Shown here piece after piece: positions 1 to 9,718 of a stretch of DNA of 64,000 nucleotides. The DNA lies in contig CBDFGQ010000007.1 of NCBI GenBank assembly GCA_965247295.1, positions 560,317-624,316 of the forward strand, given 5' to 3'. A program made the translations under genes and the position numbers. The notes under the pieces were generated by a model, which was not told the origin of the DNA, made no database searches, and saw nothing but the letters and a program-made list of their open reading frames with translations. Source of the DNA: Dehalococcoidia bacterium (GTDB lineage Bacteria > Chloroflexota > Dehalococcoidia > Lucifugimonadales > JAGWBF01). How positions within the stretch are numbered: the first letter of the stretch is position 1; every line of letters begins with the position of its first letter.

Positions 1-187
1 CCACCTCTTCCCCGGTCAGGTCCCCTTCGGACAGGGGGACAAAGGCGTGGGTGCAGACTTCACTGACAGCGTGGTACTGTCCCTCCAGGTTAGCCAGCAG
101 AATTCGCTCATCCCCTAACTCCACTAGCTTCATTTGTCCCGGCGAAAGCTCATCGGTCTGTGCTACCTTAACAAAGTCTTCTGGCAT
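1..187 (-). CDS. Rieske [2Fe-2S] domain protein, N-terminal part (gene runs off the window start)
   Basis: Not in the ORF track because it is open at the edge. Reverse translation from ATG 185-187 gives MPEDFVKVAQTDELSPGQMKLVELGDERILLANLEGQYHAVSEVCTHAFVPLSEGDLTGEEV. The C-x-H box and its spacing are typical of small Rieske ferredoxin-type proteins. Confidence 0.5.
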   Translation of the reverse strand, partial: MPEDFVKVAQTDELSPGQMKLVELGDERILLANLEGQYHAVSEVCTHAFVPLSEGDLTGEEV

Positions 188-229
188 ATCTAGCTCCCAA
201 CTGGTTTTACTGATCCCTGTTTAGACCGC

Positions 230-1273
230 TCACGTATCCCTGGCTACCCTGGACACCGAATCTATCGCCGTATCCACGTCCCGGTCGTCGATGTGGCGAT
301 GCGTCACCATCCGGACCCTCCGGCCGCCCGGATAGGAGACCTGGACCCCTTCCGTGCTCAGCTTCCCCATGAACTCTGCCGCCGGACCAAGGGAGGCTCC
401 GACCTCGACGAAAACGATGTTGGTCTGAACGTGCTGGGGGTCTACGGTTATGCCGGGTACCTGGGCCAGCCCCTCGGCCAGCCGGCGGGCCCGGGCGTGG
501 TCATCGGCGAGCCGGTCTATCATGGTTTCCAGGGCCACTACTCCGGCCGCCGCCAGCACTCCCGCCTGGCGCATCCCACCTCCTACCATCTTCCGCCACT
601 TCCTGGCACTGTCTATGAACTCCTGGGACCCGCACAAAATGGAGCCGACCGGAGCGCTCAGGCCCTTGGAGAGGCAGAAGCATACGTCGTCTACGTCCTT
701 GACCAGCTCCCGGGTGGGCATCTCCAAGGATACGGCGGCGTTAAAGATGCGTGCGCCGTCCAGGTGAACCGCGGCTCCGTTGTCATGGGCAACGTCGGCC
801 ACGGCCTTGGAGTCTTCGGGAGTGAGCACCCCGCCGTTGCAGCGGTTGTGGGTGTTTTCCAGGCATACGAGGGCCGTGCTGGGAAAGTGGAGGTTACCCC
901 TGGGCCTGATGGCCGCAGCTACGTCCGTCGGGTCTAGCATCCCGCGGTCGTCGTTGGGCACCAGCCGCGTCTGCACGCCCGCCAGCGCGGCGGAGCCTCC
1001 AACCTCGTTCCAGAACATGTGGGCCTCGCTGCCCATGATGACCTCGTCCCCCCGGGTGCAATGGGCGAGTGTCGCTATGAGGTTGCTCATGGTGCCGCTG
1101 GAGGTGAAGAGGGCGGCCTCTTTACCCAGCATCTCCGCCGCCATCTCCTCCAGGCGGTTTACGGTCGGGTCCTCACCCAGGACGTCGTCCCCCACCTCCG
1201 CTGTGGCCATGGCCTTCCTCATGGCATCGGTGGGCTGGGTCACGGTGTCGCTGCGCAGGTCGATTCCCTTCAT
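230..1273 (-). CDS. ltaE: low-specificity L-threonine aldolase (PLP-dependent)
   Basis: ORF 230..1480. The conserved family N-terminus begins at the internal MKGIDLRSDTVTQPTDAMRKAM (ATG 1271-1273). GDDVLGEDPTVNRLEE and TSSGTMSN regions are typical of threonine aldolases. Confidence 0.85.
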   Translation of the reverse strand: MKGIDLRSDTVTQPTDAMRKAMATAEVGDDVLGEDPTVNRLEEMAAEMLGKEAALFTSSGTMSNLIATLAHCTRGDEVIMGSEAHMFWNEVGGSAALAGVQTRLVPNDDRGMLDPTDVAAAIRPRGNLHFPSTALVCLENTHNRCNGGVLTPEDSKAVADVAHDNGAAVHLDGARIFNAAVSLEMPTRELVKDVDDVCFCLSKGLSAPVGSILCGSQEFIDSARKWRKMVGGGMRQAGVLAAAGVVALETMIDRLADDHARARRLAEGLAQVPGITVDPQHVQTNIVFVEVGASLGPAAEFMGKLSTEGVQVSYPGGRRVRMVTHRHIDDRDVDTAIDSVSRVARDT

Positions 1274-1366
1274 GCCGTGCCTCCCAAGCCCTGTGGTTCC
1301 CGAACATTCTAGCAGGAGTCCTTGCCAAACACTAGCGTGCCACTCTAATATGAAATTGAGGGGCAC

Positions 1367-2011
1367 ATGCGGCAGAGCGCGGTAATCTTCAAGAGCAAGG
1401 GAGTGAACCTGGAGGGCGTAGTGGCCTCCCCAGATGAGCTGGCAGGGCCGTTTCCGGGCGCCGTCGTTTGCCACCCTCATCCGGCCTTCGGGGGAGATAT
1501 GAACAACGGCGTCGTCCTCGCCCTGTGCGAGGCCCTGGTGAAGGAGGGGTGCGCGACGCTGCGGTTCAACTTTAGAGGGGTGGGCAACAGCGAGGGCTCA
1601 TTCTCTCTGGGTGAGGAGGAGCACAACGACGTAGGGGCGGCCCTGGGTCTGCTGCGGCACTGGCCGGGCGTTAATGGGAAAAGAGTTGGGTTGGCGGGCT
1701 ACTCCTTCGGGGCTTCCATGGTCCTGGCATCCATGAAGGGACTCAGGCATGCCAGGGTCTTCGTCCTTATCTCTCCCCCCGTCAACTCCCTCAAGCCCCT
1801 GGAGAGTGGCAGGGACAAGCGGCCAAAGCTCATCATCGTCGGGGACATGGACCGCCTGTCGCCCCATACCACCCTGAAGGAGGCTATTGAGCCCTTGGTC
1901 GACCCTATAGACTTTAAGGTGGTGGCCGGCGCCGACCACTCGTGGAGGGGCCACGAGGTGGAGGCCGCCCAGCAGGCGACTCGTTTCTTAGTCGACGCCC
2001 TGTTGAAATAG
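1367..2011 (+). CDS. small alpha/beta-fold hydrolase
   Basis: 214-aa ORF with the nucleophile elbow GYSFGA (G-x-S-x-G) and a C-terminal GADH. Divergent from ltaE. Confidence 0.7.
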   Translation: MRQSAVIFKSKGVNLEGVVASPDELAGPFPGAVVCHPHPAFGGDMNNGVVLALCEALVKEGCATLRFNFRGVGNSEGSFSLGEEEHNDVGAALGLLRHWPGVNGKRVGLAGYSFGASMVLASMKGLRHARVFVLISPPVNSLKPLESGRDKRPKLIIVGDMDRLSPHTTLKEAIEPLVDPIDFKVVAGADHSWRGHEVEAAQQATRFLVDALLK

Positions 2012-2044
2012 GAGTATAGGGAACTGGAACGTGGTAAGCCGGTC

Positions 2045-2791
2045 GTGACTGAAGGCAAGGGGCGCGCTATATTATCTGGCTGGTGGTCCTGGTACCGAGA
2101 CTCGGTACTGATTACGGCCGTCGCCCTGGTTTTTAGCCTGGACCAGGTCACCAAGGCCCTCGTTCGCCATAATCTCACGCTCAATGAGTCCGTTCCCCCG
2201 GATGGGATCTTTCGCATAACCCGCACCTTCAACACAGGGAGCGCCTTTGGCCTTTTCGCCGACCAGACCATGTTCCTCATCCTCGCTTCCTTTGTGGGCA
2301 TAGGTATCCTTCTTCTGATGTACCGCAGCCAGCGACCGCCAGGTATCCCTCTCAGGCTGAGCCTGGGCATGCAGATAGGTGGTGCAGCGGGCAATCTGTT
2401 TGACCGGCTGCGCATGGGCCAGGTAACGGATTTCATTGACGTGGGACTCTGGCCCGTCTTCAATCTGGCCGACACTTCCATCGTAATAGGCATTGCCATC
2501 CTGGTCTCAGTGGTCCTCTTCGACAGGAGAGGGGACAGGCGTCCGGAGCAGGTCGCTTATCCCGGGGAAGGTGGGACCGCGGATGGTTCGGGAGACGTTA
2601 CCGGCATCGGCGGGACATTCGACCTCGGCGAGGTGGAGGGAGTGAATCGGGGACCAGTCTGGGATGACCCCGCCGTCCCCATGGATGATCGGGGCTGCCC
2701 CATATGCGACTCTGCCATGGCGACGGTTCCGGGTGGGTGGCGCTGCTACGGGTGCGGCGCCATGGAATGGCTGGAGGTGAGGGGCCGATGA
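2045..2791 (+). CDS. lspA: lipoprotein signal peptidase II with C-terminal zinc-ribbon extension
   Basis: Contains NTGSAFG, FDRLRMGQVTDFID and FNLADTSI, the LspA motifs. About 85 extra C-terminal residues end in CPICDSAMATVPGGWRCYGCG. Confidence 0.85.
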   Translation: MTEGKGRAILSGWWSWYRDSVLITAVALVFSLDQVTKALVRHNLTLNESVPPDGIFRITRTFNTGSAFGLFADQTMFLILASFVGIGILLLMYRSQRPPGIPLRLSLGMQIGGAAGNLFDRLRMGQVTDFIDVGLWPVFNLADTSIVIGIAILVSVVLFDRRGDRRPEQVAYPGEGGTADGSGDVTGIGGTFDLGEVEGVNRGPVWDDPAVPMDDRGCPICDSAMATVPGGWRCYGCGAMEWLEVRGR

Positions 2792-3714
2792 GCTCAGAGG
2801 AGCAGGGGCTCACCAGGGAGCTGGTGGTCGAAGAGCCCGAAAAGCGGCTGGACCTGTACCTCGCCAGGCAGGAGCCTGACCTGACCCGGTCGAGGGTGCG
2901 GCGGCTCCTGGATGAGGGTTACATCCTGGTGAACGGGGACGTTCCCAAGGCGAGCCGTACGCTCCGGTCGGGGGACCGCATCTCCCTCATCGTGCCGCCT
3001 CCCAGGCCCGCCGAGCTCGCCCCGGAAGCCATGCCACTGAATATCATCTACCAGGATAGTGAGGTGCTGGTGGTGGACAAGCCGGCGGGACTTGCCGTGC
3101 ACCCGGGCCCCGGCCATCCATCACGGACGCTGGTCAACGCCCTCCTGTCCCTTTTCCCAGAACTGGGGAGTGTTGGAGAAGAGTTCCGTCCCGGCGTGGT
3201 CCACAGGCTCGACAAGGATACCTCGGGGCTCATGGTCGTGGCGAAGACCAGCCCGGCCCACCGGGCCATCACCCGGCAGATAAAGGACCGCACCACGCGC
3301 AAGGGGTACCTGGCCCTGGCCCGAGGCCGGGTGAGCCCGGAACAGGGAGTCTTCGAGGCCCCCATCGGGCGTGACCCCCGCAACCGCAAGCGCATGGCCG
3401 TGGTCGAGGGCGGGCGGCAGGCGAGTACCTCCTACAGGGTGCGACGCCATCTGGCCCCGGCCTCGGGAGAGTACACTTATCTCGAGGTCTTCCCCGAGAC
3501 CGGGCGCACCCACCAGATACGGGTCCACTTCGCCTACGCGGGCCATCCCCTGTTCGGCGACGCCCTGTACTGGAAGAGGAGCCCCCTCCTGGGCCGCCAG
3601 TTCCTCCACGCCCACCTCCTGGGGTTCCAGCACCCCTCCACGGACCGGTACATGGAGTTCAGCTCTCCCCTCCCCCAGGAGCTGCACAGGGTCCTGGAGG
3701 CGCTGGAGCGGTAG
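2788..3714 (+). CDS. rluD: RluA/RluD-family 23S rRNA pseudouridine synthase
   Basis: N-terminal S4-like domain (RLDLYLARQ..SRSRVRRLLDEG) and catalytic HRLDKDTSGLMVVAK. Start taken at ATG 2788, which overlaps the lspA stop (ATGA). Confidence 0.85.
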   Translation: MSSEEQGLTRELVVEEPEKRLDLYLARQEPDLTRSRVRRLLDEGYILVNGDVPKASRTLRSGDRISLIVPPPRPAELAPEAMPLNIIYQDSEVLVVDKPAGLAVHPGPGHPSRTLVNALLSLFPELGSVGEEFRPGVVHRLDKDTSGLMVVAKTSPAHRAITRQIKDRTTRKGYLALARGRVSPEQGVFEAPIGRDPRNRKRMAVVEGGRQASTSYRVRRHLAPASGEYTYLEVFPETGRTHQIRVHFAYAGHPLFGDALYWKRSPLLGRQFLHAHLLGFQHPSTDRYMEFSSPLPQELHRVLEALER

Positions 3715-3867
3715 CTAAGCGGGCCGGGTCGGTGACTACAGGCCGTTCCAGGGTCCTGGGAGACAGCGTCCCCTGCTGAGGCTGGCATCGCGGACATAAA
3801 AGACGGCGGAAAGGGGATGGGGCGCCCAGATTTCATGTTCGATATGGCGGGCTCTGGCACGAAATTC

Positions 3868-5722
3868 TCACGGAGCAAACCCAGAAACGGAACTGCCGAA
3901 CAGATCGTACTCTGCGTCGCCGGTCTTCTGGAAAAGGAGAGCGCCGTCGGCCCCAGAGTAGACATAGGCCTTCCCGAGATTGGCTCTGTCGGGGGGAGTG
4001 GCGAGATACGCCCCCACGATGAAGTCCGCCTTCGCGTCTCCGTTTAAGTCTCCAAGCCCCGAAACGGACTCTCCAAGGTAACCTGCCTGGAAGTCCCCGG
4101 TCAACTGGTAGAGGAGGACCCCGTCGGTCCCGGAGTAGACGTAAGCCTTTCCTGCATCGACTTTCCCGGCAGCATCGGCTCGGTTGGCCCCGACGATGAA
4201 GTCCGGTAGGCCGTCCCCGTTCACGTCCCCAACCCCGGAAACGGACCAGCCGAAGTAATCGGTCCCACCATCCCCGGTCTTCTGATAGATGAGAGCCCCG
4301 TCGACCCCGGAGTAGACGTATGCCTTCCCAACATTGGTCTCGCCGAAGGCATCGGCCCCGTATGCGCCGACGATAAAGTCGGCTTTTCCGTCCCCGTTTA
4401 CGTCCCCAACCCCTGAAACGGAACTGCCAAACTCACTGTAAGCGTTATCGCCGGTCACCTGGTTGAGAAGAGTCCCGTCTGCCCCGGAGTAGACGTAGAC
4501 CTTCCCGGCGAAGATAATGCCGGGGGCACTGGCCAGGTCCGCCCCCACGATGAAGTCTGGTACGCTATCCCCGCTCACGTCTCCAACCCCGGAAACTGAA
4601 ACGCCGAACTTACCGTACGCGGCGTCACCAGTCACCTCGTAGAGGAGAGCCCCGTCGGCCCCGGAATAGACGGAGGCCTTCCCGGCATCGGCCTTGTCGG
4701 GGGCATCGTAGTAGTACGCCCCGACTATGAAGTCACCTTTTGCGTCCCCGTTCACGTCCCCGACCCCGGAAACCGAAATGCCCAACAGATCACCTGTGGC
4801 GCCACTGGCCACCTGGTAAAGTAGAGCCCCGTCGGCCCCGGAGTGCACGTATGCCTTTCCGGCATCTGTCCTGCTGGGATGATTGGCCCGGCCTGGCCCC
4901 ACGATAAAGTCGGCGTTCCCGTCCCCGTTCGCGTCTCCGACACCGGAGACGGACACTCCTAAGGAATAATGCCGAGGTATCACGTGTCACCTTGTAGAGG
5001 AAAGCTCCATCGGCCCCGGAGTAGATGTAGGCGCTCCCCGGACCTGCCGCGCCAAAGGGATTAGCTTCACTGGCCCCTACGATGAAGTCGGGTATTCCGT
5101 CACCGTTTATGTCGCCAGCCACATGCCCAGGTGCCGCCGGCGTATCCCCGGTCGTGCCTAAAGCCCCGAACACGGTGGTGAAGGCGTGGTCTCCGGGTGT
5201 GATGCCCGATTCCAGGCTGATACGTACGTCGGCTCTCATCATCTCTCCAGGCGCGATAGCTGGGCCATCCAGTGCTTTGCAAACGTCTCCCAGGTGCCGG
5301 CCGGTGCCGATGTCGAAGAGGTCGGCGTTGACGTGGCCGATGGCGGTGCCTGGAGGGCTTTCCACGGGGCCGCAGGGCTCTACGAAGGTCATGCTGTATA
5401 TGGACCTGTTTTCAATGTATACCGTAGCCTCGGCGGGGAAGGACCCTTTCAGTGGCGGCGGAAGCCTCCGTCCCACGTACCCCAGGGATGCCACCGCCTG
5501 AGTCCCGGCGGAGTCGTGCCACAGTCCCAGGTTGTCGCCGCTGATCACTACGGTCGAATGTACGCTCACCGCGGCGGGCACGTCTTGGCTCCCCTGGTAC
5601 CAGGTGACGGCGAGGGCCACGCCAAAGGCGGCGATGAAAACGGCGATTCCAACGATAGCTCCTATCCAGCGTTGAGTCGTCATCTGCTCGGCACCCGCGC
5701 AACCTTGCTGAAGCTTTGCCAT
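3868..5722 (-). pseudogene. membrane-anchored FG-GAP (integrin-alpha-like) repeat protein, interrupted by a +1 frameshift
   Basis: ORFs 4790..5818 and 3868..4983 overlap in different frames. The first has an N-terminal TM segment plus the first GDINGDGIPDFIVGA repeat; the second has at least 6 more VSGVGDVNGDxxxDFIVGA repeats. The repeat register is restored by skipping one nt at about 4958-4963. Start taken at ATG 5720-5722, 4 nt after the glnS stop. Confidence 0.7.
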
Positions 5723-5726
5723 GGTC

Positions 5727-7430
5727 CTAGCCCTGTCTGCGCGCACCCTCGATCCTGGCCCAGGTATCCCGAAGCGGAACCGTCCGGTTGAATACGAGGG
5801 CCTTGTCGGAGGAGTCAACGGGGTCTACGCAGAAATAGCCCAGCCGCTCGAACTGGTACCGGCTTCCCGGCGGCGCGCCGGCAAGGCTTGGCTCCACCCG
5901 GCATGAGGTCAGGACCTGTAGCGAATCGGGATTCAAGTTGGACTTGAAGTCGGCGCCCTCTTCGGTGCCGTCGGGGTACTCCGCCGTGAATAGGTGGTCG
6001 TACAGCCGTACCTCGGCCGAAAGGGAGTGAGAAGCGGAAACCCAGTGTACCGTCCCCTTGACCCTGCGGCCGGCTCCGGGAGAGCCGCTCTTGGTCTCGG
6101 GGTCGTAGGTGCAGCGCAGCTCGACCACCTGCCCCGTGTTACTATCCTTTACCACGTCCACGCACTTGATGACGTAGCCGTACCTGAGCCGTACCTCGCG
6201 ACCCGGGGCCAGTCGGAAGAACTTGGGGGGCGGGTCCTCGCGAAAGTCCTCCTGCTCGATGCAAAGGATGCGGGAAAAGGGGACCTTCCGCGTTCCCATG
6301 CCCGGCTCCTCGGGGTTGTTCACCGCCTCCAGCTCCTCCACCTGCCCTTCGGGATAGTTGTCGATAACCACCCGAAGGGGTCGCAGCACGGCCATGGCAC
6401 GGGGGGCACGCCTGTTGAGGTCCTCCCGGACGGTGTGTTCCAGGAGGGCCAGGTCTACCACGTTGTCCCTTTTCGCTACCCCGACGCGCTCGGCGAAGCT
6501 GCGGACCGATTCGGGTGTGTAGCCCCGTCGCCTCATGCCCACCAGAGTAGGCATGCGAGGATCGTCCCATCCGGTTACATAACCTCCCTGCACAAGCTCA
6601 AGGAGCTTTCGCTTGCTCAACACGGTGTGGCTCAGGTTCAGGCGAGCGAACTCGATCTGTTGTGGGTGAAAGACGTGTAGCTGCTCAAGGATCCAGTCGT
6701 ACAGCGGGCGGTGGTCCTCGAACTCCAGGGTACAGAGGGAATGGGTGACCCCTTCGATGGAATCGGACAGGCCGTGGGCGAAGTCATAGGTGGGGTAGAT
6801 GCACCACACGTCGCCGGTGCGGTGGTGGGTCACCCGGCGGATGCGGTATAAGACCGGGTCCCTCATGTTCAGGTTTTGCGAGGCCATGTCGATCCTCGCT
6901 CGAAGCACGTGGGCGCCATCTTCGTATTCGCCCGCCCGCATGCGCCGAAAAAGGTCCCGGTTGTCCTCCACGGCGCGGTTGCGGTATGGACTGTCTCTGC
7001 CCGGCTCGGTCAATGTGCCACGGTACTCCCTTATTTCGCTGGCGCTCAGGCTGCAGACGTAGGCTTTCCCGAGCGAGATCAGCCGCTCGGCGTACTCGTA
7101 GAGCTGCTCAAAGTAGTCGGAGGCGAAGTACAGCCCGTCCCCCCAGTCGAATCCCAGCCACCTGACATCCTCCACGATGGATTCCACGTACTCGACCTCT
7201 TCCCTGCTGGGATTTGTGTCGTCGAACCGTAGGTTGCACTGACCCCCCTCATGTTCGGCGGCTACACCGAAATTGAGGCAGATGGACTTGGCATGTCCGA
7301 TGTGGAGGTAGCCGTTGGGCTCCGGTGGAAACCTCGTCATTACCCGGCCGGCGTTCTTGCCCAATTTCAGGTCCTGGGCGATGATGCTGCGGATAAAGTC
7401 CGAGGGGGGAGCTGAGCTGGCTGTGCTCAT
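5727..7430 (-). CDS. glnS: glutaminyl-tRNA synthetase
   Basis: Class I HIGH motif ([14 protein letters not shown]), a KMSKS-like VLSKRKL, and a C-terminal anticodon-binding beta-barrel region. Start at MSTASS (ATG 7428-7430), preceded by GAGGTGAG. Confidence 0.9.
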   Translation of the reverse strand: MSTASSAPPSDFIRSIIAQDLKLGKNAGRVMTRFPPEPNGYLHIGHAKSICLNFGVAAEHEGGQCNLRFDDTNPSREEVEYVESIVEDVRWLGFDWGDGLYFASDYFEQLYEYAERLISLGKAYVCSLSASEIREYRGTLTEPGRDSPYRNRAVEDNRDLFRRMRAGEYEDGAHVLRARIDMASQNLNMRDPVLYRIRRVTHHRTGDVWCIYPTYDFAHGLSDSIEGVTHSLCTLEFEDHRPLYDWILEQLHVFHPQQIEFARLNLSHTVLSKRKLLELVQGGYVTGWDDPRMPTLVGMRRRGYTPESVRSFAERVGVAKRDNVVDLALLEHTVREDLNRRAPRAMAVLRPLRVVIDNYPEGQVEELEAVNNPEEPGMGTRKVPFSRILCIEQEDFREDPPPKFFRLAPGREVRLRYGYVIKCVDVVKDSNTGQVVELRCTYDPETKSGSPGAGRRVKGTVHWVSASHSLSAEVRLYDHLFTAEYPDGTEEGADFKSNLNPDSLQVLTSCRVEPSLAGAPPGSRYQFERLGYFCVDPVDSSDKALVFNRTVPLRDTWARIEGARRQG

Positions 7431-7595
7431 GTTCTCACCTCTGTCTGCTGTTATTTTTTGTTGGGTGTTTAGGTGGGTAGGCGCCCACACCTTAGTGGGT
7501 AGATACTGGTGGAATGGTTCTGGCAGGGAGGAAGTCTGGGTCCTTCAGGAGGTATTCTAGCACAGTATAGCTGGCCCAATGTGCGAGTTTCCCGC

Positions 7596-7620
7596 GTCAC
7601 CCTGAGCGTAGCGAAGGGTC
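7596..7620. repeat. REP-like hairpin motif GTCACCCTGAGCGTAGCGAAGGGTC
   Basis: ACCCT/AGGGT stem around a CTGAGC..GCGAAG core. A second copy lies in inverted orientation at 7652-7678. Confidence 0.5.
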
Positions 7621-7651
7621 TGGAGGAGGTGGGGCTCTCACACCCCCGCCA

Positions 7652-7678
7652 GATTCTTCGCCTGCGGCTCAGAATGAC
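7652..7678. repeat. REP-like hairpin motif, inverted copy (reverse complement GTCATTCTGAGCCGCAGGCGAAGAATC)
   Basis: Same CTGAGC..GCGAAG core as 7596-7620, but the stem is ATTCT/AGAAT instead of ACCCT/AGGGT, so pairing is preserved by compensatory changes. Confidence 0.5.
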
Positions 7679-7752
7679 ACTTTTGTAGCGATGACGTAGC
7701 TCAGATCGGGACGACGGGGCATGATAAAATGTAGCCTTGGAGGTGGGCCAAC

Positions 7753-9228
7753 TTGGAGTCCGGACAACATGTTCGCGTAAGGTACGCGCCCAGTCCCACG
7801 GGCGAGCCCCATGTCGGCAACCTGCGCACCGCCCTGTTTAACTGGCTTCTGGCCCGCCGGTATGGCGGCAGCTTTATCGTGCGGGTGGAGGACACCGACA
7901 GGGAGAGGTACGTCGAGGGGGCGCTGGATGCGGTGCTGGAGTCTCTCAGGTGGTTGGGTCTGGACTGGGACGAAGGGCCTGATGTGGAAGGAGCCTACGG
8001 GCCATACCTTCAGTCTGAGCGGCTGGGGGTGTACCGGGATGCCGCGGACCGGCTGGTTGACGGCGGTTGTGCCTACCGTTGCTACTGCTCGACTGAGCGC
8101 CTGAAGGAGCTGCGGGAAAGGCAGCGCCGTAGCAACTCGCCCCTCGGGTACGATCGCCACTGCCGCGAGCTGAATTCCGCGGACCGCCGGGAGAACGAGT
8201 CCCGAGGGATCGTGCCGGTTGTGCGATTCAAGATGCCCCTCACGGGGGAGACCCGGGTCAACGACCTCATCCGGGCAGAGGTTACGTGGCAAAACGAGCT
8301 GCTGGACGACTTCGTCCTCCTCAAGTCCGATGGGTACCCCACGTATCACCTGGCCAACGTGGTGGACGATCACTTGATGGAGATCAGCCACGTGCTGAGG
8401 GCCGAGGAGTGGCTCTCCAGTACCCCCCGGCACCTTCGGCTTTATGGGGCCCTGGCCTACGAGCCACCCCAGTTCGCCCACCTGCCCATGATCCTGGGTC
8501 CGGACCGCGCCAAGCTGTCCAAGCGCCACGGGGCCAGCTCCATACTGGAGTACCGGGAGCAGGGGTTCCTGCACGAGGCTATGGTCAACTTCATGGCTCT
8601 CCTGGGCTGGTCCCTGGACGATAGGACGGATGTCATGTCCAGGGAGGTGCTGCTGGAGCACTTCTCCCTGGAGCGCATCGGCAGGGCAGGGGCCATCTTC
8701 GACAGGGAAAAGCTGCTCTGGATGAACGGGGTCTACATCCGTCAGCTGGGCCAGGAGGAGCTGGCAAGGCGGATGGTCCCCTTTCTGGAGCGAGAATCCG
8801 ATGCCGGCGCGGCACTGGAGGACAGAGGCTACCTGCTGGGCATCGTCCCGTTGGTGCGGGAGCGGCTGAAGACCCTGGCAGACGCGGCGGATGTGACTTC
8901 CTACTTCTTCATGGAGGAGCTAGACTACGATCCCGCCCTTCTCATCCAGAAGGGCATGGACGCCGACGCCACCCGTGGCGCCCTGAGGCGGTCCCTGGCT
9001 GTATTGAGCGGTGCAAAGACGTTCGACGCCGGCGCCCTTGAAGAGAGGCTACGGGCTGCCGGCGAGGAGCTTGGGCTTTCGGGGAGACAGTTCTTCGGAG
9101 CGCTGCGGGTCGCCACAACCGGGAGGACGGCCGCTCCGCCCCTCTTCGAGACCATGGAGGTGCTGGGCAGAGGGCGATGCCTGAGTCGAATCGAGGCGGC
9201 GGCCCAGAGGCTGGAGCATCGAAAGTAG
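7753..9228 (+). CDS. gltX: glutamyl-tRNA synthetase
   Basis: VRVRYAPSPTGEPHVGNLRTALFN (HIGH-type) and KLSKRHG (KMSKS). TTG start 7 nt after GGAGGTG. Confidence 0.9.
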   Translation: MESGQHVRVRYAPSPTGEPHVGNLRTALFNWLLARRYGGSFIVRVEDTDRERYVEGALDAVLESLRWLGLDWDEGPDVEGAYGPYLQSERLGVYRDAADRLVDGGCAYRCYCSTERLKELRERQRRSNSPLGYDRHCRELNSADRRENESRGIVPVVRFKMPLTGETRVNDLIRAEVTWQNELLDDFVLLKSDGYPTYHLANVVDDHLMEISHVLRAEEWLSSTPRHLRLYGALAYEPPQFAHLPMILGPDRAKLSKRHGASSILEYREQGFLHEAMVNFMALLGWSLDDRTDVMSREVLLEHFSLERIGRAGAIFDREKLLWMNGVYIRQLGQEELARRMVPFLERESDAGAALEDRGYLLGIVPLVRERLKTLADAADVTSYFFMEELDYDPALLIQKGMDADATRGALRRSLAVLSGAKTFDAGALEERLRAAGEELGLSGRQFFGALRVATTGRTAAPPLFETMEVLGRGRCLSRIEAAAQRLEHRK

Positions 9229-9255
9229 GGCCCTTCCCGTGCACGCTGTTCTATC

Positions 9256-9284
9256 TTGCGCTCCATGTACCCCTGTGGTATAGT
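9256..9284 (+). promoter_or_regulatory. candidate sigma-70-type promoter of the nuo operon
   Basis: TTGCGC, a 17-nt spacer, then TGgTATAGT (extended -10) about 55-80 nt upstream of nuoA. Sequence pattern only. Confidence 0.35.
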
Positions 9285-9364
9285 CCCTGGGAAGTTTTAG
9301 GGGGCGACGTATCCCACGCCCGCGGGGGGATGGAACGCTGGAGGACTATTTTCGGCAGTATGGA

Positions 9365-9718
9365 TTGATCGCCATATTCGCCGCAGTCGCCTTGGTTGTG
9401 CCCACCAGCATGATGGCTGTCTCCTGGCTGGCTTCCAAGGTGCGGGTCCGTCCTCAGAAGCCGGACCCCGTCAAGCAGGACGTGTACGAGTGCGGCATGC
9501 AGACCATCGGGGGCCGGTGGGTCCAGTTCAACTTCCGCTACTACACGTATGCCCTTCTCTTCGTCATATTCGCCGTGGAAGCGATCTTCATATATCCATG
9601 GGCCGTCAAGTTCAATCAGCTGGGGCTGTTCGCTCTCCTCGAAATGATGGCGTTTATCCTGATCCTGGTAGTCGGGTGGGCATACGCCTGGCGTAAGCGG
9701 GACCTGGAGTGGAGGTGA
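9365..9718 (+). CDS. nuoA: NADH-quinone oxidoreductase subunit A
   Basis: [10 protein letters not shown] and [25 protein letters not shown]. The start is uncertain: the track uses TTG 9365, but the in-frame upstream LEDYFRQYG looks like the usual NuoA N-terminus, so CTG 9338 is possible. The nearby ATG 9330 is out of frame. Confidence 0.8.
   Translation: MIAIFAAVALVVPTSMMAVSWLASKVRVRPQKPDPVKQDVYECGMQTIGGRWVQFNFRYYTYALLFVIFAVEAIFIYPWAVKFNQLGLFALLEMMAFILILVVGWAYAWRKRDLEWR

Noticed and set aside
3868-4983. Periodic DNA repeats (about 180 bp) that could be mistaken for a repeat array
   Set aside because: They are the coding repeats of FG-GAP blades. They are divergent at the DNA level, stay in frame and have no spacer/repeat architecture, so this is not a CRISPR array.
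7669-8661. 330-aa ORF on the minus strand
   Set aside because: It lies entirely antisense to gltX, whose product has unmistakable GluRS motifs. Its composition is Pro/Gly/Val/Gln-rich, typical of shadow ORFs in high-GC DNA.
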